From contig CAZWJA010000003.1 in NCBI GenBank assembly GCA_964634445.1, forward strand, positions 24,019 through 88,018: a stretch of DNA of 64,000 nucleotides, in the 5' to 3' direction. The notes under the pieces were generated by a model. The model saw nothing but the letters and a program-made list of their open reading frames with translations, made no database searches and was not told the origin of the DNA. Each line of letters opens with the position of its first letter. Position 1 is the first letter of the stretch. The DNA is from an uncultured Candidatus Saccharibacteria bacterium. Its GTDB lineage: Bacteria > Patescibacteriota > Saccharimonadia > Saccharimonadales > AWTP1-31. Of the stretch, positions 24,413 through 34,215 are shown piece after piece. Both the position numbers and the translations under genes were made by a program.

Positions 24413-26224
24413 ATGCGCATACCAGATGCACTAGTAATACAGCTATTGAAAAATATCGGCCGGCTCACTGACGAGCAGGTTAATACTCTGCATGAGCAAG
24501 AAAAAGTCGAGAAGAAACCGCTTCAGGATCTGGTAATAAAAAACCAGGTCACAACCGAACCAGAACTTACAAAGCTGTACGCTTTAGAAATTGATGTACC
24601 GTACGTTGAATTTGACCCGAAGAAAATTAGACCGGAACTATTAAAGCTTATCCCTGAGAGAATCGCCCGGCAGTACAAAGTAATTGTGTTTGGCAAGGCA
24701 GAAGACGGCAGTATTAATCTGGCCATGGCCGACCCTGATGATATTCAGGCAATCAACTTCTTGCGCAAACAACTGGGCACCAACATTAAGGTGAATATCA
24801 CTACCCAGTCGATCATAAACGTGGCGCTTGACCAGTATCGCGGCAACATATCGACAGAACTTACAAAAGTAATCTCAACTACCGAAGCCGAACAGCCGGA
24901 AGAAGAGCAGGTCAATGCCGAAGACCTGGCTGAGAACTCTCCTATAGCTCAGACCGTAAACTTACTGATTGAATATGCGGTCAAATCCAACGCCAGCGAC
25001 ATCCATATCGAGCCTCGGGAAAACTTCGTCCTTATCCGCTACCGAATTGATGGAATTCTAAGGGAAGCCAACAAATTGCCTAAGAAAATGCTAGGTGCGC
25101 TTGTATCGAGAATTAAAATCCTGTCTAATCTAAAGATTGACGAACGCCGGTCTCCTCAGGATGGCCGGTTCAAGATAGAAGTCAGCGGGCAAGTCTATGC
25201 ACTGCGTGTGTCTACCCTGCCGATTGTCGACGGCGAGAAAGTGGCTATGCGTATTTTGAACGAATCAGCTAAGCCGGCAACTTTGGAAGAATTGGGATTC
25301 TGGGGAACTTCACTGTCCTATATGAACAAAGCTATTGTCCAACCGCACGGTATGATACTGGTTACCGGACCGACCGGATCCGGCAAGTCTACCACATTGT
25401 TTAGCGTCCTAAGCCTGCTAAACAAACCATCAGTCAACATTTCGACAGTAGAAGACCCAGTCGAATACCGGGTTCCCGGCACCAACCAGATCCAGGTCAA
25501 TGTCCAAGCTAATATGACCTTTGTAAACGGGCTGAGGGCACTGCTAAGACAGGACCCGAACATCATAATGGTCGGTGAGATTAGGGACTCAGAAACTGCC
25601 AACCTAGCCGTCCAGGCTGCCCTGACCGGACACTTGGTTTTCTCAACCCTGCACACAAACAATGCCGCAACTTCCCTGCCTCGCTTGCTCGACATGCAGA
25701 TTGAGCCGTTTTTAATTGCCAGCACAGTCAGAGCTGTTGTCGGGCAAAGGTTAGTCCGCAAGCTTTGTGCCGACTGCCGAATCTCCTATCAGCCGGATGA
25801 ACCGACTAAGAAACAGTTAAGTGAAATCTTCCATACTGATGACCCGGCTGTCATGAAACATATCAACGAACTCGAAATCATAGCCGGCCAAAGCGGCATC
25901 GGAAAATCTGTAGCCAAGGACGGATCTGTCAACAATATGGCCCTGGGCAGTGACGTACAAAGCGTCAAGACAATGTGGAAAGCCAATGAAGCCGGCTGCG
26001 AAGTCTGTGGGCATACCGGTTATCGAGGACGAATGGGTATTTATGAGGTCCTGGCCAACTCGCCGGATGTCCAGAAAATGATCGTCAACAGCGATACTTC
26101 AGAAAACATACAGATTCAGGCCATTAAGCAGGGCATGGTCCCAATGCAGATTGACGGCTTTATTAAAGCCCTACGCGGTCAGACAACGATCGAAGAGATA
26201 CTAAGAGTAACCAGTGAAGAATAA
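24413..26224 (+). CDS. pilB: Type IV pilus assembly ATPase PilB (GspE family)
   Basis: Contains a T2SSE N-terminal domain, Walker A GPTGSGKSTT, Asp/His boxes and a tetracysteine motif (CADC ... CEVCGHTGYRGR). Confidence 0.92.
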   Translation: MRIPDALVIQLLKNIGRLTDEQVNTLHEQEKVEKKPLQDLVIKNQVTTEPELTKLYALEIDVPYVEFDPKKIRPELLKLIPERIARQYKVIVFGKAEDGSINLAMADPDDIQAINFLRKQLGTNIKVNITTQSIINVALDQYRGNISTELTKVISTTEAEQPEEEQVNAEDLAENSPIAQTVNLLIEYAVKSNASDIHIEPRENFVLIRYRIDGILREANKLPKKMLGALVSRIKILSNLKIDERRSPQDGRFKIEVSGQVYALRVSTLPIVDGEKVAMRILNESAKPATLEELGFWGTSLSYMNKAIVQPHGMILVTGPTGSGKSTTLFSVLSLLNKPSVNISTVEDPVEYRVPGTNQIQVNVQANMTFVNGLRALLRQDPNIIMVGEIRDSETANLAVQAALTGHLVFSTLHTNNAATSLPRLLDMQIEPFLIASTVRAVVGQRLVRKLCADCRISYQPDEPTKKQLSEIFHTDDPAVMKHINELEIIAGQSGIGKSVAKDGSVNNMALGSDVQSVKTMWKANEAGCEVCGHTGYRGRMGIYEVLANSPDVQKMIVNSDTSENIQIQAIKQGMVPMQIDGFIKALRGQTTIEEILRVTSEE

Positions 26225-26248
26225 TATGAATATTGCGGATAATAAATA

Positions 26249-27469
26249 ATGCAGTTTATGTATATCGCCACTGACAAGTCTGGTGCTACTGTTCATGGCA
26301 GGCTGGAAGCTGCCAACCAGGATTCGGCGATCAAGAACCTCCACGCTCAGAATATGCGCCCCCTGATCATCAAAAAGATATCCGGCAATAAATTTACCCT
26401 AGCTTTTACAAAAACCAAAAAAGTAAAGACCAAGGACTTGGTTATCTTCACCCGCCAGTTGTCGACCATGGTCTCGGCTGGCGTACCTTTAAATAAATCT
26501 CTGGCGACGCTGCAGACCCAGGCTGAAACTAAATATTTCAAAGAAGTCATTGGCACGATTGCCAAAGACGTCCAATCGGGCAACCAGCTTGGCAGCTCGT
26601 TCGCTAAATTCCCGAATATATTTTCTGACGTTTACGTCAATATGGTTATCGCTGGTGAAGCCGGAGGAATACTCGACGAAATCCTAAAACGTCTGGCTGC
26701 CCAGGTGGAACAGGAATCTTCCATGCGCAAGAAGATAAAATCGGCCATGATGTACCCGATGGTAATCCTGTCGATAACAGTTGTAGCTTTCTTCGGCATC
26801 ATGATCTTCATCATTCCTAAAATTGCCAAGATTTTAAACGATTTAGCTGGTCCGGACGCCCAGCTGCCACTACTAACTCGGATAATGGTCGGTATCAGTA
26901 GCTTCATGCAGAGCTACGCAATATTCTTAATAATAGCTATTTCAGCTATTATCTGGTTCTTGAAACGCTACATTAATACTCCCGGTGGCAAGCTTAAATA
27001 CCACAGACTGCTACTTAGAGTACCTTACGTCAAAGTCCTGATCACAAAAGTAGCTGTCGCCCGGTTCAGCCGGACGTTTGCCGCTTTAATGTCCGCCGGT
27101 GTGAACGTCCTGGACGCGCTGGAAGTAACCGGCGGAGCAATGGGTAATCTTGTGATCGAGAATGAGCTTAAAGAGGCCAGTAAGAACGTCAAGAACGGCC
27201 GGCCGCTCAGCGAGCCGATTTCGGCTAGCAAGCATTTTCCACCAATTGTCGGCCAGATGATTGCCGTCGGCGAGGAAACCGGTCAGATTGACGTAATTCT
27301 AGTGAAAGTTGCCGACTTTTATGAAGAAGATGTGACAGTCCAGATTGAAACTATTAGCTCATTTATCGAACCGTTTATGATAATTTTCTTAGGTTCTGCC
27401 GTCGGCCTAATTGCCGCTAGCGTCATGGGCCCAATTGCTTCCCTAAGCAAAAACGTCGGAAATCAGTAA
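26249..27469 (+). CDS. pilC: Type IV pilus platform protein PilC (GspF family)
   Basis: Two T2SSF repeats (FTRQLSTMVSAGVPL and FSRTFAALMSAGVNV), three transmembrane segments and about 400 aa. Confidence 0.9.
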   Translation: MQFMYIATDKSGATVHGRLEAANQDSAIKNLHAQNMRPLIIKKISGNKFTLAFTKTKKVKTKDLVIFTRQLSTMVSAGVPLNKSLATLQTQAETKYFKEVIGTIAKDVQSGNQLGSSFAKFPNIFSDVYVNMVIAGEAGGILDEILKRLAAQVEQESSMRKKIKSAMMYPMVILSITVVAFFGIMIFIIPKIAKILNDLAGPDAQLPLLTRIMVGISSFMQSYAIFLIIAISAIIWFLKRYINTPGGKLKYHRLLLRVPYVKVLITKVAVARFSRTFAALMSAGVNVLDALEVTGGAMGNLVIENELKEASKNVKNGRPLSEPISASKHFPPIVGQMIAVGEETGQIDVILVKVADFYEEDVTVQIETISSFIEPFMIIFLGSAVGLIAASVMGPIASLSKNVGNQ

Positions 27470-27473
27470 CCGG

Positions 27474-28073
27474 TTAACCAGCTGCTGGACAGCTGTCAGC
27501 GGTAATTGTGGCCGAATGATATGCCAAGATTACTCCTTGGGCATCGACAGTTTTTCCAAAAGCAGTCATGCCTTTAAAGCCACCTGATGACTTAGTAATT
27601 GTTTCATTTGTCGTGAAGTCGTAGACAACTGAACCACCCTTGTTAGTAGAGAAGGCACCAATTTCTATACTGTTACCAGCTACGCTGTAGCCTGAAACAC
27701 TACAGCCGTCTGCTGAAATAGTAATCGAGTAGCCGGAACTGGCAGCAGGCGTGGATGGTGCAGCAGCCGGTGCAGATGTTTGAGTTTTAGTAGTCGTGGA
27801 AGTAGAAGGATTACTAGCAGCCGAAGTCGACTTTGTCGGCGTCTGCTTCAAGGTAGCTATTTCAGTTTCCTTCAACTGAACTACTTTAGACTTTGAATCA
27901 TCTTTTACTGATATTACATTTTCAGTACTTGCAATCTTGTCATACTGTTTGTTGGCAGCGTTTCGGTTTCTGACCACAAACCAGCTGGTGAAACCTAATA
28001 TACCTACAATTACGAATAGTAAAATTCCCTCGACCGGGCTGAATCCATTTTGATCTTTTTTCATTTTTTTCAC
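27474..28073 (-). CDS. Pilin-like protein with prepilin-type N-terminus and S/T/A/P-rich linker
   Basis: MKKMKKDQNG|FSPVEGILLFVIVGILG has G at -1, F at +1, E at +5 and a hydrophobic helix. Convergent with pilC. Confidence 0.6.
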   Translation of the reverse strand: MKKMKKDQNGFSPVEGILLFVIVGILGFTSWFVVRNRNAANKQYDKIASTENVISVKDDSKSKVVQLKETEIATLKQTPTKSTSAASNPSTSTTTKTQTSAPAAAPSTPAASSGYSITISADGCSVSGYSVAGNSIEIGAFSTNKGGSVVYDFTTNETITKSSGGFKGMTAFGKTVDAQGVILAYHSATITADSCPAAG

Positions 28074-28193
28074 TTATACCTTTTGTTACTGCTTATTGTT
28101 GTATAAGCATAAATATAACCTTGCTTGCAGTTTATATCAAATAATCTCTACTTCTCACCCCATATAAAACAAGTTAATTAATGACTAATACTA

Positions 28194-28221
28194 TTGACTG
28201 TGAACTAGTTATGCTTATAAT
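28194..28221 (+). promoter_or_regulatory. Near-consensus promoter for the major pilin gene
   Basis: TTGACT (28194-28199), a 16-nt spacer, then TATAAT (28216-28221), about 60 nt upstream of the pilA start. Confidence 0.45.
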
Positions 28222-28280
28222 CATTACTAGATGCACAAAATGCTCTAACAAAAATATTATTAAACAAGGGGGCGGGCTCC

Positions 28281-28760
28281 ATGAAGTTAAGAAACAAGCA
28301 ACAGGGTTTCACAATTGTGGAACTTTTAATCGTGATCATCGTAATCGGTATTTTGGTCGGTTTGGTCATCACTACCTTTACTGGTATACAGCAAAAGGGA
28401 CGGAACACAGAACGTCAAACAGATATTAAAGCAATCCACGGACAGCTGGAAGCATACTTTGCACAAAACGGTAAGTATCCAGAATTAACCGATTTAAACA
28501 CTGAAAGCTGGCGATCTACTAATATGAAAGGTCTAGACAAGGACGCTTTGTACGATCCTCGCGACACAACCAAGGACACAACTCCACTTGAGAGTACTCC
28601 AACAGTCGACCGATATTCATATGAAGTTGTTTACCACCCATCTAGCGGTGCTGACAGTGCCTGTAGCAATGCAGACGCTTCGACTACAGAATGTAACAAG
28701 TACACTCTGACTGCTAAGCAGGAAGGTACTACCGACTACACCAAGAACAGCTTGAACTAA
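28281..28760 (+). CDS. pilA: Major type IV pilin (PilA-like)
   Basis: MKLRNKQQG|FTIVELLIVIIVIGILVGL is a canonical class III signal. It has its own promoter, a strong terminator and a C-terminal Cys pair. Confidence 0.85.
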   Translation: MKLRNKQQGFTIVELLIVIIVIGILVGLVITTFTGIQQKGRNTERQTDIKAIHGQLEAYFAQNGKYPELTDLNTESWRSTNMKGLDKDALYDPRDTTKDTTPLESTPTVDRYSYEVVYHPSSGADSACSNADASTTECNKYTLTAKQEGTTDYTKNSLN

Positions 28761-28790
28761 AACAGTTCACGAGAAGCCGTTACATAAAAA

Positions 28791-28822
28791 ACCGGGGCCA
28801 AAACAGCTCCGGTTTTTTATTT
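28791..28822 (+). terminator. Rho-independent terminator after pilA
   Basis: ACCGGGGC-caaaaca-GCTCCGGT forms an 8-bp stem with one G.U pair, followed by TTTTTTATTTTA. Confidence 0.7.
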
Positions 28823-28857
28823 TATTGCCTACAAACTAAGCTATAATTAACATAAGC

Positions 28858-29307
28858 ATGAAACTATTCAGTATTAAGGGTGAGCACGGCTTTACAATCT
28901 TTGAGGTACTTCTAGCCTGTATCATGTTTCCATTACTGGTCATTTCTATTTCTGGAGCATATGACTCTATCCGGCGCTCATATACTGTCAGCAAGGAATT
29001 TAATGAAATGTACGCCGTACTATCCGCCTGCCCGGAAATTGACCGGGCCCTGCAGTACGATTCTATTTCCAGCAACACCAACTGCTACCCGAACAACTCA
29101 TTTAAAGCAGAAGGCGGGGGGAGCAACATTATTACCTATACGCCAACCCTAACCGTTACTAATACCTCAGCCCTACCGAATACAGATCCGTTAAAATCAA
29201 TACCTGATTCAAAGATAGTTAACATATCTACTAAATTCCAAAAAAGCACCGCTCCGGAATTGGAACTCAGGATGCTAATCACCCGTAACGGAATCGGGCA
29301 GCTGTAA
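28858..29307 (+). CDS. Minor pilin-like protein
   Basis: MKLFSIKGEHG|FTIFEVLLACIMFPLLVI is a prepilin-type N-terminus with E at +5. Confidence 0.65.
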   Translation: MKLFSIKGEHGFTIFEVLLACIMFPLLVISISGAYDSIRRSYTVSKEFNEMYAVLSACPEIDRALQYDSISSNTNCYPNNSFKAEGGGSNIITYTPTLTVTNTSALPNTDPLKSIPDSKIVNISTKFQKSTAPELELRMLITRNGIGQL

Positions 29308-30101
29308 TGCATTTTGTCGTGAAGAAAAATAATAATCTTGGTCAAAACGGTTATACGCTGCCTGAAATGCTGGTAACACTGATAATGACCGCCTTATTCG
29401 TAGCTCTAATCATGACTTTTACTTTCAGCTACTGGCGCTATGGTGCGTCCCAGGAAGCAGATTTGGATACCCTGACAACTAGATTAAATGCTGGTGACAT
29501 TTTAAGGGAATACTTGACCCAAAGCTCAGGCTTAATCACCCAAAACAGCTTGCCCGACAGCCATGTTCTAAATCCTGACCCGTTAGTGACTAACGGTCTG
29601 CACTGGCAGCCGCTACATGCTATTCCCGGCAATTATTCGGTTGCAAACGGCACCAAACCGTTGCTATATTTCCGCCGCTTCACCCAAAACACTACTGGCA
29701 ATTTTATTCTAAACGGTACCCAGCCATACGAAGACGAGTATGTCATCTACTTAAACGCAGCTAAAAAACAGATGCTGCTGAGGACTTTAGCTAATCAGGC
29801 AGCCGGCAACAAAATTGCTAGTTCGTGCCCGCCCAGCCAAGCGACACAAGCTTGTTCGGCCGACAAGGTGATTGCCAGCGACATTGAGTCAGTCGACTTA
29901 AGGTATTTTTCTAGGGCTGGTAATCTGTTGGACTACACTTCAATTACCGATCCCGATCTTCCAGGTACATACATAGGGCCAGATTTTCCAGTTGTCGAGG
30001 TTGTTGAATTGACCTTGAACTTAAGCAAGAAGCCGTTTTTGAACCAGACTAATTCGACTAAAAACAGTACGATAATCAGGATTGCCCTGAGGAACACTTA
30101 A
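29307..30101 (+). CDS. Minor pilin-like protein (PilW-like size)
   Basis: ...LGQNG|YTLPEMLVTLIMTALFVALIM is a prepilin-type N-terminus. The start overlaps the upstream stop. Confidence 0.65.
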   Translation: MHFVVKKNNNLGQNGYTLPEMLVTLIMTALFVALIMTFTFSYWRYGASQEADLDTLTTRLNAGDILREYLTQSSGLITQNSLPDSHVLNPDPLVTNGLHWQPLHAIPGNYSVANGTKPLLYFRRFTQNTTGNFILNGTQPYEDEYVIYLNAAKKQMLLRTLANQAAGNKIASSCPPSQATQACSADKVIASDIESVDLRYFSRAGNLLDYTSITDPDLPGTYIGPDFPVVEVVELTLNLSKKPFLNQTNSTKNSTIIRIALRNT

Positions 30102-30113
30102 CTTCAAATAATT

Positions 30114-31556
30114 ATGAATATATTTAAAGCTAAACATATAAAAAGACTCAATCAGCAGGGATCAATTGTCGTTTCTATATTAATTGTCAGTATCTTTTTT
30201 GTAATAATTTCATCCAGCTTGATCGTGCTGGCCAATGCCAACATAACCCGAGCGAAGGGAAGGGTACTTTTGCTCCAGGCCCAATACGCAGCCGAGTCTG
30301 GCGTAGATAGTGCAATCGCTATGCTTAACAGTGGTAACGAGAGCTACGCTGGATCAGGTTCCGATATTCAGATATTGGCCAACTCAAGATACAAATCAAC
30401 CTATTCCTCTTCAGTTACTGGTTCTGGCAAAGACCGCAAGATTACAGCCACTGGCAAAGTATTTATTCCAGCCAACAGTTTGACTCCTAGTTTTACGAGA
30501 AAAATAGAAGTCTCAGCTGAACGATCCAGTTCGACTGGTTCATCTTCTATTGTCAGCCGCAATATCGTCGATATTGCCAGTGGCGTGAAAAACTTGTCTG
30601 CTAAGGGGATGTACGTCAACGGGTTCATCAATATGAGCAAGAATACTACAAATCTAATAGCAGAAAATATTACTGTGGTAGATAAGAATACTTCGGCTAG
30701 TAATTGTTCGATAGGAGGAACCGGTAATTTAGTCAAACCAGCTACCTTCTCTACCCCCGGCCAGACTAAAACAATCATCAATATGGGCTTTAACAACTGT
30801 ATTTCCCCTCCCGGCAATACCAGCAATGCCAATTTTACTGTTTCTGCCAACCAAACGAACCTGACAAAGATTCAGTCAACATTTATTCCATGGTCACAAT
30901 ATATGGACAATACCTACCAGAACTCTATTGGCGGTGATTGCCGAGACTGGACAACTGGCGGTTCGACCAGGCAAATTCCAAGCACTGGAAATACTAAAAA
31001 AACCCATTACCCCAACAGCAGTGCTAATATTAGTACAACTTCATGCGGCACTAACGGAAACATCAACTTAGACGACCATACGTATGTTATCAACGATCAT
31101 GTTCATGTTAGAGCAAACTTCTGCGCTACTTCAGCCTGCGCACCGATATTTAATAATCCTAGTACGACCATGAGGTTTATATTCATTGAGGGTACAGTTA
31201 ATTTTGATAGCATCCGAACAGCAAGCAATAGTGGCCCTATAGTATTAGTAGTTTATGGCGCAGATCCAGCATCAAAGTCTGGTAGCTGCCCGTATGGTGG
31301 TTCTGCCTATTTAGGGCAGGGTTCACCAGGCTCATATACTTCAGCCCCTGATCTGTTTATTCTATCGACCAACGGTATCTGCCTAGATAAGACTAAATTC
31401 GGCACTAATCCAGCCTTAGGCGGTGTTTCAGGTAAGAATATCTATGTGGCTAGTAGTACTGGAACACCTTTTGACCTTGCCCTAGACCCGACTTTCCCGA
31501 CCGAACAGATTCAAGTCGACCTTGCTTGGCGGGCAGTCCAATATCGCCGTTTATAA
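30114..31556 (+). CDS. PilX-N-like large pilus-associated protein (candidate tip/adhesin subunit)
   Basis: N-terminal helix QQGSIVVSILIVSIFFVII followed by ...AQYAAESGVDSAIAML (PilX_N-like). The body is N/S/T/G-rich with several Cys. Confidence 0.5.
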   Translation: MNIFKAKHIKRLNQQGSIVVSILIVSIFFVIISSSLIVLANANITRAKGRVLLLQAQYAAESGVDSAIAMLNSGNESYAGSGSDIQILANSRYKSTYSSSVTGSGKDRKITATGKVFIPANSLTPSFTRKIEVSAERSSSTGSSSIVSRNIVDIASGVKNLSAKGMYVNGFINMSKNTTNLIAENITVVDKNTSASNCSIGGTGNLVKPATFSTPGQTKTIINMGFNNCISPPGNTSNANFTVSANQTNLTKIQSTFIPWSQYMDNTYQNSIGGDCRDWTTGGSTRQIPSTGNTKKTHYPNSSANISTTSCGTNGNINLDDHTYVINDHVHVRANFCATSACAPIFNNPSTTMRFIFIEGTVNFDSIRTASNSGPIVLVVYGADPASKSGSCPYGGSAYLGQGSPGSYTSAPDLFILSTNGICLDKTKFGTNPALGGVSGKNIYVASSTGTPFDLALDPTFPTEQIQVDLAWRAVQYRRL

Positions 31557-31653
31557 AAAATTACTACTCGTTTTAATCTGTTAAATAGTACTTGGATATG
31601 CTATAGTTCAAGTAAGTAAAGCGGTTATGCTTTAGCAAAATTTTGACTTATTT

Positions 31654-32715
31654 ATGAAAAAAACATATTTTTACCGCGACAAACCAATCTTCGGACTTTC
31701 ACTTGGTTTCAACGATCTTAGAATTATGCAAGTCAAAGATTCTAAGCACGGTCCTGAAGTCCAAGCTTATGGTTGCTGTACTTTCGATCCGGCTGCCTTA
31801 AAAGACGGCGTTATTATAGATATCAATGCGGTTGCCAAAACCGCTAAAGAACTATTACAAAACGGTATTACCGGTAAAATTACGACTCGTAGAGTCATAG
31901 TTTCTATTCCGGCATCACGGACGTTTAGCCGGGCGGTCAAGCTTCCGAAACTTGGCGAAAAAGAGTTAAACGATGCAGTCAGGCTGGAAGCCGAGCAGTA
32001 TATCCCCTTGCCGATTGATGATCTCTATCTAGACCATACTGTCATTGCCCAAAATGAAACTGACGTCGAACTTTTTGCCGTAGCGGCTCCAAAAAACATT
32101 ATTGATTCATATGTAGCCCTGACCAAAATGCTGGATCTTGAAGTAGTCGCAATAGAAACAACCATCGATTCAGCAGCCAGATTATTTTCGATCTCTAAGC
32201 ACGATGTCACGCCGACAGTATTAATCGACTTTGGTCCCAATTCAGTCGATATAACTATTTTCGATAATGTTATTTTGGCAACCGGTACAGTTAGTGGCGG
32301 TGGAGAAAGCTTTACCGAAAGAATAGCCAATTATATGGGCGTATCAGCTCAGGAAGCCCAAGATATTAAAGGCAAGTACGGCCTAAGCTATAGCGACAAG
32401 CAGACTCAGATCACCAAAGCCCTAGATCCGATACTCGAGCAGTTTTTCAAAGAAGTCCAGCGCATGATCCGCTACTACGAAGAAAGATATCCGAAACGCC
32501 AAAAGATTAGCCAGGTAGTATTGATGGGTTCAGGAGCCGGTATACCTGGTCTAAGCGAACATATGACGGATGCACTCCGTTTGCCTGTCCGTCCAATCGA
32601 GCCATGGCAGACAGTTACTTTCGGTTCACTGAAGCCACCGGAGCAGCAAGAAAGCTTAGGCTACATGTCGGCAGCCGGCGCGGCTATGATTTCGCCTAAA
32701 GGCCTATACCAATGA
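31654..32715 (+). CDS. pilM: Type IV pilus assembly protein PilM (actin-like ATPase fold)
   Basis: FGLSLGFNDLRIMQV..., EAEQYIPLPIDDLYLD and LMGSGAGIPGL are typical PilM motifs. Confidence 0.85.
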   Translation: MKKTYFYRDKPIFGLSLGFNDLRIMQVKDSKHGPEVQAYGCCTFDPAALKDGVIIDINAVAKTAKELLQNGITGKITTRRVIVSIPASRTFSRAVKLPKLGEKELNDAVRLEAEQYIPLPIDDLYLDHTVIAQNETDVELFAVAAPKNIIDSYVALTKMLDLEVVAIETTIDSAARLFSISKHDVTPTVLIDFGPNSVDITIFDNVILATGTVSGGGESFTERIANYMGVSAQEAQDIKGKYGLSYSDKQTQITKALDPILEQFFKEVQRMIRYYEERYPKRQKISQVVLMGSGAGIPGLSEHMTDALRLPVRPIEPWQTVTFGSLKPPEQQESLGYMSAAGAAMISPKGLYQ

Positions 32716-33299
32716 TTAACCTGCTTAGCTCCAACGTCAAACAGGATATTTTGTTTGCCAAGCGGAATACCCAACTACTGCGTTGGTGCTTAATACTTCT
32801 GTTAATTATATTCGGGGTGGGTGTAATTTCAGTAAGTGGAATATTCTACCTGAAAAAGTCTCAGCGCCAATACTCAGTTCAAATTGAAAGCTCTAAAATC
32901 CAGCTAAGTGAACAAAAACTAACTCAAACCCAAAAAGAAATTGAATCGATAAGCAACAATCTAAAACTTACAACCCAGGTCTTATCCAAAGAAATACTAT
33001 TCTCTAAGTTATTTACCCAAATTGGTGCCGCAATGCCGCCAAAAACCAATTTAACTGATCTAAAGATTGCCAACACAAGCGGCGGAATCGATTTGTCTGC
33101 CAGTGGAGCTGACTACAATGCCGCATCTCAGGTTTTGGTTAACTTCCAAGATCCAAATAACAAGATATTCGACAAAGCCGATCTATTAAACATTGGTTGC
33201 GATACAGTAGTCCGAAATACCTACCCATGCTCCATTAGCCTGCGAGCAAGGTTTGGGGCAGACAAATCTTACTTATTTATTAGTCAGGAGAAGAAATGA
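32712..33299 (+). CDS. pilN: PilN-like bitopic membrane protein
   Basis: INLL start motif, a single transmembrane helix and a coiled coil. Translationally coupled to pilM (ATGA). Confidence 0.6.
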   Translation: MINLLSSNVKQDILFAKRNTQLLRWCLILLLIIFGVGVISVSGIFYLKKSQRQYSVQIESSKIQLSEQKLTQTQKEIESISNNLKLTTQVLSKEILFSKLFTQIGAAMPPKTNLTDLKIANTSGGIDLSASGADYNAASQVLVNFQDPNNKIFDKADLLNIGCDTVVRNTYPCSISLRARFGADKSYLFISQEKK

Positions 33300-33919
33300 G
33301 CAGCAAGCATGTCTACTGGCTGACCATTTTCCTACTAATTGTCTTAGGTTTCGGCATAGTCGGATCGACCTACTATTCAACCAAGATCCTTAAGAAGGAA
33401 TCCGATAAGCTGGTTGATCTTAAATTAGAGAACCGACTATTAGAAGACCAACAGAGCGCACTTAGTGTTGCTAAAAAATCAATTGATAAATACAAGGAGC
33501 TCGACAAAATTGCCAGAACCGTATTGCCACAAGATAAGGACCAGGCTAAAGCCGTAAGGGAACTGGTGAATCTGTCTGGTGAATCCGGCATAAGGCTATC
33601 AAGCATTACCTTCCCAAGTTCCAACTTAGGTATAGTACAACCAGTTCCATTAAATAAAGATGGTCAGAAGAAACCGGCCACACCAGCCGAGACCCAAGTT
33701 AAACCAGTCGCTGGAATTCCTGGAGTATATGAAATGGAAATCAACGTAAAACAGGACCCTACACTGCCAATTTCATACCCGGCGTTTATTAATTTCTTGT
33801 CTAAGCTAGAAAACAACCGCCGGACAGCTCAAGTTTCCAACATTAGCGTAACGCCGTATGATCAGGATAGGAGCAAGCTGGTAATGAATATGACACTTAA
33901 ACTTTATATTAAACCATGA
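33296..33919 (+). CDS. pilO: PilO-like bitopic membrane protein
   Basis: N-terminal transmembrane helix, a coiled coil and a C-terminal alpha/beta region. Its position after pilN and the ATGA coupling support the call. Confidence 0.5.
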   Translation: MSSKHVYWLTIFLLIVLGFGIVGSTYYSTKILKKESDKLVDLKLENRLLEDQQSALSVAKKSIDKYKELDKIARTVLPQDKDQAKAVRELVNLSGESGIRLSSITFPSSNLGIVQPVPLNKDGQKKPATPAETQVKPVAGIPGVYEMEINVKQDPTLPISYPAFINFLSKLENNRRTAQVSNISVTPYDQDRSKLVMNMTLKLYIKP

Positions 33920-34215
33920 AGAAATTAGAATTAAACTTTAAGACCAAGATTTTACCGGCCCTTAAATGGTTCTTGAAACACTACGCTGTAATCTGCATTG
34001 TTAGCGTCCTGGCTTTGTATAGCTGGCTGGTAATAAACATAAACCTTCTTGACCGTCGTGAACCAGACGAAGACGTCTACACTGAAAAACTGCAAACTAT
34101 TAAGAAGCCGACTATTTCCGACGAAGTAATTAAGAAACTGACAGATCTAGAAGATAATAATGTTGAAATACGGTCGCTGTTTAAGCAGGCCCGCGATAAT
34201 CCGTTCCAGGAGTAG
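33916..34215 (+). CDS. Small bitopic membrane protein, last gene of the pilus operon
   Basis: One transmembrane helix (YAVICIVSVLALYSWLVI). Coupled to pilO by ATGA. No recognisable domain. Confidence 0.45.
   Translation: MKKLELNFKTKILPALKWFLKHYAVICIVSVLALYSWLVININLLDRREPDEDVYTEKLQTIKKPTISDEVIKKLTDLEDNNVEIRSLFKQARDNPFQE

Noticed and set aside
25318-26014. Minus-strand ORFs (147, 65 and 65 aa) inside pilB. There are similar antisense ORFs inside pilC, recombinase 1/2, the giant protein, rimK, folC and the histidine kinases.
   Set aside because: Each sits inside a gene with strong family motifs and has no motif of its own. These are treated as non-coding shadow ORFs.
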